Source of the DNA: Bispira polyomma
Lineage: Eukaryota
Reading direction: 5' to 3'
Assembly (NCBI GenBank): GCA_965649765.1
Contig: OZ287755.1
Span: 36,332,001 to 36,396,000 of the forward strand
DNA: 64,000 nt
Positions within the stretch are counted from its first letter, which is position 1. Every line of letters begins with the position of its first letter. Position numbers and translations under genes: made by a program. The notes beneath the pieces are model-generated. The model was not told the origin of the DNA, ran no database searches, and worked only from the letters and a program-made list of their open reading frames with translations. Below are positions 26,421 to 40,000 of the stretch, piece by piece.

Positions 26421-29400
26421 ATATGTTTGCAGTGTAGTGTCTGTAAACAGAAGTCAATTTAATTTGGCCAGGTTTAATAACGCTGGCTCTAGACTGAGTC
26501 ACTTCAGGAGCCCTCGAGGTTTCTCAGCCACACCCATTAGAAGTTGTATGGCATCATCACTCACGACCTAATATTATATGCTCTTTTCATTTAACAGTGT
26601 CCGTTTTAAATCTCTAATATTTTTATTTTTCCTGAAGGGCATTTGGTTAATATATGTTTTCTAAACAATATTTGAATTTAATCCTGGTACATTTAAGGAC
26701 AACAATCTAGATGCACATTCTTTTATCTTAATTCATAATTTATTTCATTGTTTGCAACTTCATTGGTACACAACTTTATTCTGTAATATTAATAAGTGGA
26801 ATTAATTAAACATTTTCAAAATAAAACTTACTGGATATCAAGCATTTCTCTAATTCTTTTAGCATATGTAGACATTTTAAACTGATAGTTATCAGCTATT
26901 CCTGCAATTTGAAGCTAATTTATGTGATAATACACTTTTCAAAATTGACCTAACAATCAATTTAGTCATGCTCTTACGATTTGTAACAATAATTTGTTTA
27001 CATCAAGCAAGAAGTGTGTTTTAATTTTAAAGAGAAAATATTTTTACTTGGTATTTAGTGCTTTAATTAGTATCTCACCAATATGGGAAGAACAAAGAAG
27101 ACATCTGTCAGTGTTCCATCAAGGGGAAAGAAGACACAGACTACTAGAAAACCAAGTAGCATGAATAATCAAGGTACTGTAGTCAGTAGTATTGACCCAC
27201 TGGCTGTAAATCTCCAAAGTATGCTAGCGGACGTAGCTACAGTCCCAGAAACAAGTACCGTTCAATCGGGTATGGGAGAAGTACTTTCTGTGTTAAAGTA
27301 ATTAGAATCTGCGAATAGACATACACAAATGTCTGGATCGGATGGCCAAATTAAATTGGAGGCATGCGGCTTGTGCAATTCAACTCCCTTAGGTTCACCT
27401 ACAGGGGCTTCACTCAATGGTACCATCAAAGATCACAGGCAGACGGAATTCGCATTACCCCCCACCCCCCTCTCAGGGATCACAGCTGGGGTCGTGTTAC
27501 TCACACTCATCTGCAATCCGGACAAGAGGACTATCAGTGGGACAGAATTATCCCTAAGGTTGACGTGTTGCGCTCAGTTCCTGAGGCCACGGCTGCTGTA
27601 AACCAAAGACTGCCCAGTTATGATACCTTACAAGGCAAAAATCAGGCTGTTATTACACTACTGACATAGCGGGGGCTGATCCACAACTCAGGTGGCCAAA
27701 CGAGGGTTGTGTAGGGGTGACCACATGAAAGCGGCCTAACTTTGATGACCTTTCATTGCCAAAGTGGGCAGCAGTTCAGCTATTTAATGTCTCACAAGTG
27801 CAAGACCCAGTGTTACTCAAACAGATGTTAAACCAGGTAATATTCTCATTACACAATGCTTCCTTCCTGCCAAGGCCCGGGTTAGGGCCGCATGGGCAGC
27901 GAACATCCAGGGGCGTCTCACGTGGGGAGATGCTACACAATGGGCATTGTCGCGCATGAATATCTCACAACCTACACTCGTGAATAGCCAAAACTCTCAG
28001 CAGTCACACAGACCAGGAAACAGTAAGGGTAAACTGATCTGCAAATATTTCAGTCTAGGCAAATGTCACCATGAGGGAGACCACGGTCAATATAAACATG
28101 TATGTTCTCATTGTAGTAGGATGTTCAACAAAGAATTACCTCACTCGTCAGTTAAGTGTGATAAAAATAATGCAACTAGCAACGGTCAAGGGACTAATAG
28201 TAAGGAGTAGGACATATGTCAACAACTAACCGAAAGAACAATCAGAGAGTGCGGGTATGATAGCAGTAATGTGTATAAAGATGACAATGAAGTAGACTTA
28301 GTAGATTGAAATGATAATTGTAAAGCCTTAATTGATAATGTCATGTAAGAGGACATAATAGACAATGGTAAATTGGACGTGGCAGGCAGTAAATCAGATA
28401 TTGCTAATTCAAAGAAACTAGTGTTTAGTAATTGTAATGTTACTGACAATACAGACCAGTCAATATATAATGTACATGTCTATAATTGCAATCATATGAG
28501 TATTTTAGAGTATCATTGGGCAAATGGTGTTAATTCCAAAAAATAATTGAAATCCAACTGAAATTATACATGTTACAGAAATGGTTGTTATCATTAATCC
28601 AGTTCAGTGGGCTTATCACCAATATACTGAAAGGCAACAAGAACAGGCTGAATTAGCACACTATCAGTAAAACAGAGACCTCGACTGCATGAACCATTAT
28701 GGTTGTGTTTATACACAACACATTGAGAGCATTATAGACAAGTTAATTGAACATGATGACATTGATAGTGCTAGTCATAATGCACACTTGTATGATAAAA
28801 ATGTTCTAATAAATATTGCTAACAATACTAACTTGACGTACGCTCGGGTGTCACAACGAAGCGTCAGGGGCTGGTCAGGTGACCAGACCCATAATCCAAT
28901 CAATAATTATTATCAGGGCATGGATGACACCACACTTAAGGTTAAGGTAAGTCACTTTTCTTCGAAAACTGGAACAACAGATTCATTGTGAATCCAAAAC
29001 AGTAGGTTTTATTAGGCTTTCCAACACGGATTATGAATTTGTAGGCCCTGATAGGGAACCTCTAGCCACTACTAGTGTTGAAAGTATGCTTCGCACTGCT
29101 GAAATAATTAGAGACACTGGATTACCCAATTATAGGTCTTCTAGGATCCCTCTTAAGTATGGCCTCAATGTGGCAGCTTGGGAAGAAATCATGTTTGACC
29201 ACCCAGATAGGTTGTTGTTGCAATATATTAAATTTGGGTTCCCCCTTTCATTAGATGACCCTAAGTTACTCCATAATACCAACACTGATAACCACCATTC
29301 TGCTATTCAATACTCTTCAGAAGTGCTTCAATATTTTCAATAGGAACAGTCTCAGGGAGCCATGTTGGGCCCAGTTAAGATAATTAATGATATACATTTC

Positions 29401-30298
29401 CATTCTTCACCCTTTTAACCAGGCCAAAGCACCTTGACAAACGTAGGCTTATACTTAATCTTTCCTACCCACATAACTTGTCTGTCAACAGCTAAGTAGT
29501 TAGAGATACTTTTGATCACACAAAATTCATCTTAAGATTTCCCACCATAGATCATATTACTAGGGAGATTAGAAACACTGATAACCGTGTAGTATTTAAG
29601 ACAGATGTGGCACAAGCTTTCTGTTACCTCAGGGTCGACCCTGTTGATGCAATAAAACTGGGTATAAATTGGAATGGTAACCACTATGTTGGCGCTGCCG
29701 TGGCATTTGGCTGGGCCCATGGCAGCGCAGCATTTCAGCGATGCTTAGATATTATTGCTGACTACATGAGGTCCAGTGCTAGTAGAGCAAATGAGGGATA
29801 CACCCTCTTACATGACATACTTGACAAATTAGGGCTCCGTATAAATGAAGACAAATCAGTTACTCCTGACATTTCCATGATGTTTCTAGCAATCGACATT
29901 GATATTATTAAGGGTACCATAAGTATCAGCCAAGACAAGATAGATCAGATTTACCAAGACTTACAGAACATTATTATTAAGTCATGGCTATCACGTACTA
30001 AATATCAAAGCATGTTATTAAAATTACTCTATATACAGAGGGCCGTGTAGCCTGCAAGAATATTTATAAACAGATTATTGGCTGTCTTTAGAAACAATCC
30101 AGGTGCCAAAAGATTTAAGATCACAAACAACATTAGGCAAGACATTACTTGGTTTTTTTCATTCCTACCACAGTGCAATGGCATAACATACATATCACCT
30201 ACAAACATACCAAATATGCACGAATTTTACTTGGATGATCAACACTCTCAAACAGATTTCCAAAACCTTTCTTAGTTGCTTTTTTCGGGTTCCTGAGA

Positions 30299-30823
30299 AT
30301 GTTGAATATCGCTCCTCATTTAAAAGCCAAATTTGATCATTCTAGGCATATCTTTCGTCAAGATGTTATATTTGGCCCTCCAGAGGCTCATCTAATACTT
30401 AAATGGGCAAAGAACATGCAAAATAGGTCAGACACTCATATCATTCAGCTTCCTTCATTGCAGGACAAATTGCTTTGCCCAGTAACTGCATTAGTGAAAT
30501 TATTGCAGTCTAGACTGCTCAAACCAACTCAACCGCTTTTTGCTTCATTAGCCCCTCCTCATTACCCTGTTGTAGACTCCCACATCAGATCTGCACTAAA
30601 ATCAGTTCTACAACACTTAGGGGTGGACCATAGTTATCATGGATTTCACGAATTCCGTAGATCTGGTGCTTCCCTAGCCTTTAATAATAATGTTTCTCTA
30701 CAACAGATTATGTCACACAGCTTGTGGCGCAGCTCAGCAGTATGGGCTTATCTTCAACAGTCCTCATCTCAAGCTTCCATAGTCCCACTCACATTTACTT
30801 CCATTATCCCCTCTTCCTCTTAG
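30299..30823 (+). pseudogene. Tyrosine recombinase C-terminal fragment
   Basis: LKWAKN, GFHEFRRSGASLAF and HSLWRSSAVWAY align with 40972-41946; N-terminal half deleted. Confidence 0.85.
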
Positions 30824-30831
30824 CTTGGGTT

Positions 30832-32062
30832 TGGGCATATTTAAAATCTCTACTGAGGTTGAAATTTTAAACCTTTTATGATTTATGTACATATGAAAAT
30901 ACTATTGTGTACAGAATAAATTCTGCAAACCTATCTATTATTGACTTATCAAGGTCTACCACAGCTTTACTCACCTAAGTGGACTTTATTTTCTATTAAT
31001 GTGGAACTGTGCCTGGCACGACCATAGAGGTTTCTGCTTGTTCAGTTCTAACCTTTAATTCTATCCTACCTTAATTAATTAGGTCCACTCCTTCATCTCT
31101 CCTTCTGTCCATCATCCTGAGCCAATTAGTTTCCTCCCCTGATTTTGCTTATAGCTTTCCCTAAGCATTCCACCATATTACATTCGTATTTACATCAAGC
31201 AAGAAGTGTGTTTTAATTCCCACCTTCCTTCCCCTTATCATCCAACCTGATATTAGGCTTTACTTTTGATATTTTACCTATTTTCCATCTTGTGATGGCT
31301 TTACCCCCTTGTCCTCCTATATTATTGAGGAAATTGTTTACACACTTAAGTGCCACTGTCAGTGGTTTGAACCCGGATCCGTGTGGTGCTGGTTCTCAGC
31401 TGTAACTACCCCCTGGTGTGGGCTACCAGGGAATTCAGCTCTGCAGTTGGGAACCTTCACTGCAAGGCGATTAGGTGCCGGTTGGAGTGGTCGCGTGAGA
31501 GATGATAATACTACGTATTAAGGAATATTACTTTTCATTCTATATCACTTAACAATTGGTAAAGCACAGTAAAGCGTAAACACTACACTCTACCTATGAG
31601 GTCCACTGGTATAATCTTACATGTGATTTCAGGAATCATAATGAGAAACAAAGTCACTAGCAGCATAATGTACTATTACATGCTGCTACAACACACTGAC
31701 ATGTGTACTTATCATTTAAACTTATTTACAGTTTAATCTTTATTTTACTCTGTTGTTTTACCTCTTCATTTTATTCGGGCGTGGTGAAAGCCACTCAATC
31801 ATTCCTAGTTGTATTACAGGGATTTGTTTTGTTATGTTTAACCAGGGCTAGTCCCGTTCACATGATATTGCACATGCTAGTTATGGGCATATTTAAAATC
31901 TCTACTGAGGTTGAAATTTTAAACCTTTTATGATTTATGTATATATGAAAATACTAATGTGTACAGAATAAATTCTGCAAACCTATCTTTTATTGCCGTA
32001 TCAAGGTCTACCACAACTTAACTCCCTTAACTGGACTTTACTTTCTATTAATGTGGAACTGT
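30832..32062 (+). repeat. 179-bp direct repeat pair (B1 30832-31010, B2 31884-32062)
   Basis: Ungapped manual alignment with 11 mismatches (~94% identity). Confidence 0.95.
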
Positions 32063-33095
32063 TTAGACATCTGTTTACTGTCTTTAGAATATATATATAT
32101 TTTGATTCAATGTTTCCAGTTTAAAATACTTTCTAGGAAATATTTATATCTTTCTACAACTAAAATGTACAAATTTATTTTTTTCTGTACAACTATATTA
32201 TGACTATCATTTGAATTTCTGTGGTTTAGTGGCTTGAATTTGGTTCAAAAGGTCAACCCATGCTGCTGGCCAGGAGATTATACCCTTGGGCAAGGTACAT
32301 TTCACAAAGTTGCTCCTCTCCACTCAGGGTACCTAGCCTCTAAAAGGAGTGTTAGTATGAACGCTGTTTGTGGAAGCATGGCTAGTATGCTCCCGTAAGG
32401 AGCTGAGAGTGAACAATTGGTTAAGAGGTACAATAACCCAGGCTTGGGGTGTAAACTGTGAAGTTGGATGTTGCCTCATCATGGGCACTAACAGGCAATA
32501 AATCTACATTTTTATTATCAATCAGTACAGTTTGGTTTAATTTTGTGGTTTCGGAAATCAGTAAATAGAGCTGTGAAGCAGACAAAATCAATTGCAGTAG
32601 TAATTAAAATTAAATTTCATAAAATATAATGAAAGGAAATGAAACATTACAAGTAGATCTACAAGAATTCTGCCATGTAAAAAATATATTCTATAAATTT
32701 ATTACCTTTTTTCAAGTGTTTTGACCTGATACTTTCGTATTTTTTGTTGAAGATAAGTACAGTTTACATTTGAAATTCCAAACGATCAGCACTAAACTGT
32801 GGTCACATGATCCAGTAAAATGGATAGTTTGTTACTGATCGGTAAAAGGAAGTAATCGATACTAGGAAGTTTGACCATACATAGAAATACTAAGGTTATT
32901 TGAATGACATAGACCATGAAACATGTGAAGACAAAACACATCATTCTCATCTTCACTTGTAGTTAAATAAAAAATATGTATTACTTTTAATTTTTCAAAT
33001 ATGTATATAACAAGCTAACAAACATGTATATACTATATATTTGACCGATTGTTTAGAGATATAATAATAGGAAAATAACAAAGTGTCCTTGATAT

Positions 33096-35857
33096 TTACA
33101 GCAGCTCTGTGCTTTCCTCTAAGAAATCATCAATGCCACCACTTTGTATTGACTTTGTACAACACTTGTGTCTCAGATAACAAGGATATTCACTTCCATA
33201 TAATCTGGAGGCTAATCTAGCCCAGAACAACTCCTGTCTGTGTTTGGTTCTGATTGATACACAACCTTTCTTAGCCTCAGACCACTGGAGATTTTTCTTT
33301 GCATCCAGGATTTGCCGCACAAAACCAGGTAGTTCAACAGTATGAATGTCGCCAAATTTGATCACTATCAGGTCTTTCTTCTTCTCTATATGTTCAGCGT
33401 AGGCTCTCTTTAACTCAAATGTAGGCCAATGCTTTTTGACAGAATTCTCACTGATGACCACAATGTGAGCTTTACTCTCAGACATATGTTTCATTATCTC
33501 ATCATCTATGCCTTCTCCAATAAGGAAATCTCTAAAAATAATTCAATGCTTCATTTAAAATGTTAATACATCTTATTATAAATGATCTGCAGCGAAGTAG
33601 TCATGAGACAGATGTAATATATTCTACAATATTCACGCATGGATATTATTAACAGCTCAGTAGATTAATAACTTGAAGCAATATTTCTACTAGAGAATTA
33701 TATCTTGTATTTTATGTGGACAGATATTACATTCAGTAAAGAATGTAGTAAATATTGCACATTTTCTACTGCAGTTGGTAATTAAGTTTAGTACAATATA
33801 AGTTTCCAAATAATGGTGTAAGGAACTATGATTAAAGGTTCTACAAATGCATATGCAAAGAAACAAATATAGATATAATGTGTATTTATGTATAAATAGT
33901 TTATTATTGTAATTAACTCACCTGTAATGAATGCAGAGTTGGAAGTTATATTTTTTTTCTAATGTCTTCATCAACACACCATGAACCCAGAATCTGTCCT
34001 CACTACAGTAAGATATAAACACATCATACTTAAACACTGATTGAGTTGGTGTAATCAGCTTGAGCTATAGTAAAGCGTGAAAAGATGAAACCTGTATTTT
34101 CATGCCAAAACAGAAGAGCTACAAATGGCGATAATGATTGACATGACGGTTAATGCAATTAAGATCACTGGCAGCCTCTTCGGGTAACACAGATGCTCAA
34201 CATCTTCCAGTTTATCTTGGTAATAAACTGGTATCCTGCGCTGAAATAAGTGTGATTACATACATATTGATCTATTCCCACAAAGATTCTCTCTGAATAT
34301 ATCCCTAACCTTTTTGGTAAAATACTGAATATGGTTATGGCTCACATTTACATGGTCTACATGCAACATGTTTAAAAGGTCACTGCCAAGTTCTGATTCA
34401 TCAATGTTATTGAATGCAAGATTTAAGTGTAATAATCTTGTACAATTCCTGAAGAATCCATGTGGAATTCTTTGTATATTTGAATGTGAGATGTCCAAAT
34501 GCTCTAGCATTGAATAAAGTAGACACTGACTTACTGAGATAAATAATGTTTCCTTGTAACTTTAATTCCCTAAGATTAGTAGATCTTGATATAAACTCTG
34601 TTGTTGGCAATGTTATATTGAGTCCATTATAGCTAAAGTCTAAAGCAGAAAGTTGCTCTAATCCCCAAAATTTGCTCTGTACCAAAACTTAAAAAAGCTA
34701 GCGGAAATGTAACAACTCAGCATTGTCAAAACAAGACAATTTCTTCAGGCTATTAACTGCAAGGCATATTGTCAGAGTCTCTGGTGGATTGTAAACTTGG
34801 TTAACCACTAGATTCATGATATTAAGAAATAATTCTCTTATATTTTTGCCAATTGGAAATTTTATTGGTGGGTTGCAGCTTAAATCCAAAAGCGAACTAG
34901 TTTGCATTTGTAAAGGGAATACTTCACATGAAATATTAATTCTTGCAATGCATTGTGCCAGTTTACATACTGATGCTCTGTCACCTAGTCTAATTGCCGA
35001 TATGAAGTATTTCTCACACTCAAAGGTCAGTATGTGGTTTCCTCTTTTTTGATATTTCGTAGGTTGTCCTCTGTGGTTTAGATATTGATAAACTTTGCTG
35101 AGACACATTGATCACCTCCAGAATTGGATTTAACATCACTTCTAAGAGACAGTTGTAATTATTGTGATCTGCATTAAACATGTTGTTTGATAAATTTATG
35201 ATTCTAATATGTGGTAAAACAGTTGTCAGGCCCACTTCAAAAGACATGATATTATTATTGCTTAAATCCAAACACTCAAGACTTGCATTTTTAATGGAGT
35301 CGAAGAATTATATAGGTGATATATGATATAGTTCCTGTACTGTAGGTGACTGTAGCTCATTCAGCTTTAACCCTTTTATTGTTTGTATTATTGAATTCAT
35401 GTTTTGGTTCGTATAAAATCCAGCACAATCTAACAGCTCCAAATATGGCATGCTGCGAATGAACCTGTAGAGACCCCCATTATTCACATCATATGACAAG
35501 TGTAAATGCAACTGTCTCACACTAAGTACACGTGTATTATAACCATACCCAATTGTCATCCTTTTGACATATCTTCGAAAGTCCCCCATTGACATCTATT
35601 GTGTCGCTTTGATAACCATTTACTGGTTCAACTGAAATATGCAGTTTTTTAACATTGGACGAGATGTTGGTTAAAAGGGCTGCCATTCCCAAGGATGTAG
35701 TATGGGTATATACCAAATCAGGCCTATTAAATTCATTTAGATAACACAATATCTTCAAATCCTCTAATTCAGTTTGTACAACATCTGAAAATGCTGCACT
35801 TGAATATATTACTAACTCACATGTCACACAAAGTAGAATTTGAATTTTTGACACCAT
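33096..35857 (-). pseudogene. Toll-like receptor pseudogene (signal peptide, LRRs, TM, TIR)
   Basis: LRRs (LDLSNNNI, INLSNNMF, LDFSYNGL, LDISHSNI, LNLAFNNI) are spread over six frames. TM VILIALTVMSIIIAICSSSVLA is followed by a premature TGA (~34101). TIR FKYDVFISY...LCIHYR^DFLIG...WPTFEL...FW has a phase-2 GT-AG intron 33921-33532. About 8 disruptions upstream of the TIR. Confidence 0.88.
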
Positions 35858-35941
35858 TTTGTCTAAAGAATGTTTTTTGAAGAATTCATCTACTGATTAG
35901 GTTAATTGTGGCACAAAGATGAAATATGTTTATGTTTTATG

Positions 35942-35986
35942 TTTATATATATACAACATAAGGAAGTACAGTATCAGGAATTTCCC
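35942..35986 (-). promoter_or_regulatory. Putative TLR promoter: NF-kB site, ETS core, TATA box
   Basis: GGGAAATTCC 35986-35977, AGGAAGT 35961-35967, TATATATAAA 35951-35942, ~85 nt before the ATG; second kB-like GGGGAATTTTC 36582-36572. Confidence 0.55.
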
Positions 35987-36908
35987 TATTCTGTAAGTGC
36001 TTTGGGTGTGAAAATATGGATCTTTAATCACTTCTGTGTACAGTGTAAATAATAAACTGCAAAATATATGAAAATAAAGTAAGCATTTTCCTTTTGAGAA
36101 TCAGTGAAGTCTCAATAAAACTCTTGCCTCACACTATAGGTTTGAATATTGTGCATCTGTTAAGTTTTCCTAGACTGTAAGTTTGAGAAAATAATTATAA
36201 GAGATTGATAGTATAAACAAGTATTTATTTGGGCTTCAAATTTATCGTAAGAATATAAAAAAATATTTAATGTACACCTATACGAAAGTTTAAATTACAC
36301 TTTGCTAATGTCCATATGATAGTTGACTGTTTTACCTTGTTTTTTAAAAATCAAAAGGAAATAAGGTTTACATTCTAAAATGACACTTAATAAATGTCCT
36401 AGCTGACTATGATTTACACTCCCAGGCTATTGGCCTAATGTTCTTTGATGACCACTTCACTAAAAGGAAGTGAATAGTTAGACTTTCCAAAGTTTTCATC
36501 TAAATATATCAATGTGTGTGACAGGTAATTCATCTATAAAGAAGTAAATATATAAAGTTGAAAAATACGGTGAAAATTCCCCAAGACACAAAGAGGGCTC
36601 CAGGTTGCAAAATGATAAAACAATGCCAATGAGAATAAACTTATACTCGTCAACTTGCATAACATATGACTAATGATTTAATCATACAAACTATATAACA
36701 TACTTCCCCATCTGACAAGAACTTACAACACCAATAATTCAACTTCATCAACCCAGGCTGAAAATTTACATATATCAACATACAAAGGTCAGGTAGGACA
36801 TTTAATTGAGGGAGGGGTAACATGATGGACAACAATGCCATCAACGATTTTAATATTGATTCATCTATTAGCAAGGCTAGTGCTGATGCTATTTCTCAAC
36901 ATTAAACA

Positions 36909-37079
36909 TCCCGTCGATGCCTATGTGGGAAAGGTGGTAGTTCCTTACTGTGGGTCGCGGGTTTCAGTGCAGAACCTTGATCGACTGTATGCAGTGTTAT
37001 CTCCAGCGTTTCCAACTACCCGTCCCAATATAACCTACTAAAAGGTACTAGAGTGGACGTTAAATATCCAAATTCAAAT
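36909..37079 (+). mobile_element. 5'-truncated copy of the 16710 tRNA-SINE
   Basis: Near-identical to ~16790-16960; exact 13-bp TSD TCAACATTAAACA (36896-36908 / 37080-37092). Confidence 0.9.
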
Positions 37080-40000
37080 TCAACATTAAACAGACATTTC
37101 ATAAATGTGGTGTATTTTTAAATGTTTAGAAAATTTTACTTTTTAAGGTTAAAAAATATTCTGTTGATTATACATTGCCTCCTCCCGCCATTTGTCATGC
37201 CCACTGTGCCAAAACATCCCCACTTCTCAGACCTCTAGGTCTAGATTTGACGTTGGCCGATATGACAGATACAAACGGAACGGTATTGTACCCAACCTGA
37301 CTGTTTAAAAAGCTGTGTCAGGCGTGAGTGCCATTGTTACACATAAAATTACACAATATGAGAAACAACCGAGTAGAGACATGTTACAAGGTAACAAACA
37401 CACACATAATCTGGACGATATAGTACCCAAGTCATATGTCTACAGGTTTGTGATGTATGTTGACCCAACAAAGGCTGTATCACGGGTCATTCACAAAAGA
37501 CTGTTTCAATACACTAATTTTCAAAGTGTAACGATGCATCTTTGGGTGGGGGTGGGGGTTGGGGGTTGGGGGGTGTTGCCCAAGATCTCAATAATGTAAA
37601 TAACAACAGGGTAGCAGGAGGTATGTACAATATTGATTTAACTCACTTATTGACTGGGTAATTAAAACCTTTTGAACTTGTGATGTAACACAGAATAAAT
37701 AGTGACACAGAAAATTAGAAACATATATAATCTGAATTTACAAATTGAGTTTAACAAGGGATTTAATAATTCATCCACTGAAAGTAGCCTGCACATAATC
37801 TCAGTTCTCTAAATACACGACAGTGGTCCACCATACATATACACACTAGCTCACACTCATGTTCCATATCGCTCCAAGCCCTAATTCAGATAATCAGTTA
37901 TGAGTATGAATGACCCACTCATATCAAGAATCTATAGTTTCGACTTACTAAGTAGCAAGTTATTTAAGTGTGGTGCACGCTTTCTCCTGTGGATCCAGAA
38001 ATGATTAGGCTGTCTCTTATTAGTGAGGTCAGTGAAAGCCGCATTACAGCATAGGTAGCATGTAATTCCGGTAATATACAGTGAGTCCTAAAATGAACTG
38101 CACATTCTTCTTTGTCTTTTGCTTTGGAGCATCCCTAATTTTCAAAGTCAACACTGTCTGTAGAACTCTCAGTAATTGCTACACCTGACAAATAATGATC
38201 TATATTACCGCAGGCAGCTTCATTGGGTTGAGACATGGTATTTCACAACAAGGACAAATTGATGGAATACTGTGGTGGTTCAGCATAAAAGGTTGAAGTT
38301 AAGGTTAATTTAGTTATATTGATGAAAAGCAATATCTTATATGTCTTAATATTTGAAAAAAGCCACTTTAATCAATATTTTAAAACCCTGAAATTTTTCC
38401 ATCTTAAGTCAAATTTAAAAGTAGTTAAATAACTTCTATTTTTAAAAGCCAAAATCCCAACTCATTTTTAAGATAGGAACAGAGAGTACTTTTTTGAATA
38501 TCAGTCAAAAATCAATAGGCTTAATCTCAAAATTAACTGGTGTCGAAATTTGCATTAGTAATGTTTATGCTAAATTTGGGTCAGCTATAAGAAACACTTT
38601 TGTAGAAAAGTTGATAACAAGAACATTTGACCCGGTGGTTAGGTCAAAATCCATGATAAATGTCATAAATAATTTTGATACATGCAATACTAATAAGAAT
38701 AAAGGAAGAGAAAAAAGTTAATATATATAGCATAGTACTCATTTTAGTTGCTTGGTACTTATTAAGTACCACACTTATAGCTCTAGCATTTTTCACACCA
38801 AGCAGAAATTATAATAACAGGTCTAGGCATTTGCAATTTTTATGTCAATTTTTGTTGCGCTATGACAAATAATTACTAATGGAACACAGCTACAAATACT
38901 TTTACACCCACAAGGTCATGTGACCTTTAAGTATGTGAAAAGGACATGTCTGAAATCTTTTCCCATATCTGGTTAAAATAAGTGTCAAATTTGTTTTATT
39001 CCAAATAATATTGAAAGAGATATTCAAGAGAAATCATAATGGTATGCAGCGGGGGCAGGGAAACCAAATATAAAAACATGTAGGCGCCCTTTCAATTATT
39101 ACCAGAAAAATGGACATTGTGTGAGTAATCAAAATGCAATATTTGTGCAGCAAAATCAATGGCTTTAGCATAATACTGCAAGCTTGTAACTGTCATGTCC
39201 TTTATCTTATTTAGATATTGTGCAAAATCATTTTCCTTCGAATGTGACCTTTAAACAGGGAAGTAATGATACACAATTTGCAAGATTTTGATATATCCCC
39301 ACACATTACTTATGGTTGTCTTTTGTGCAGAGTCCTTTGTAAATGTAATAAAACGAAAGAAATATGAACATTTGCCATTACATGCAAAAGTATAAACCTC
39401 TACTCAGCAAAGTTATATCTTTAAGTTTGTTTGAACTCACTATATCATTTCTATTGAAATTTATTACATTGAAAATCGAAAAGTACCTCACAAGAGCTTT
39501 TTATTGACAACAAAGCAAATATTGAGCCACTTGATCAATGGAAATGTTTGGGTAGTCCAATATCAAATAATGGAAGACTCCAGTGCATCAGTTCATGTGT
39601 GGATGAATACTTTTCTCACTTTGCTTTAAGACAGATATTGTTCCTCTGACTTTAAGAATGTGTGACTTTATGGTGGCCTTAATTCAGTCCGTTTCTGTCT
39701 TTTGATGCACACTAAAATGTGTCTGCTGCGGGAATGGGAGAAACGTGAGAGGTTGAGGAATGTACTTGAGAAGTTTACTTAATAATTCAGAGTGAATCTA
39801 TTACTCCAATAAAACTTTATATCAGGACTTGAGGACTTGTCGTGGGAAAACACATTGGGCTAAATATGATATACTATAGTTGTTACAAGTGTTAATACTG
39901 TGTAGTTGTATGTGACACAATATGCACTAGAAAAATACAGTAATATATAGGCACTGCATTTCAGAGCAACTAACAAACGCAAACATGTAATTTGAACCTT

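Larger units (their letters stand above)
26997..32062 (+). mobile_element. Decayed Ngaro-like YR retrotransposon with split direct repeats
   Basis: Frameshifted gag (27083-28210, CKYF...HVCSHC zinc finger), RT fragments (29086-30050), a deletion joining RNaseH FYLD to the YR at ~30236, and YR C-terminus 30299-30823 (KWAK, HEFRRSGA, W..Y). Repeats: A 26997-27026 = 31189-31218; B 30832-31010 ~ 31884-32062. Confidence 0.85.

Noticed and set aside
33096-35857. TLR frameshifts as long-read assembly errors
   Set aside because: A nonsense substitution and an LRR-CT deletion are also present, and nearby 1-2.4 kb ORFs are error-free; not fully excluded without raw reads.
37925-37970. Second hammerhead (minus-strand stem followed by CGAAAC)
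   Set aside because: CUGANGA core absent and stems I/III not convincing.
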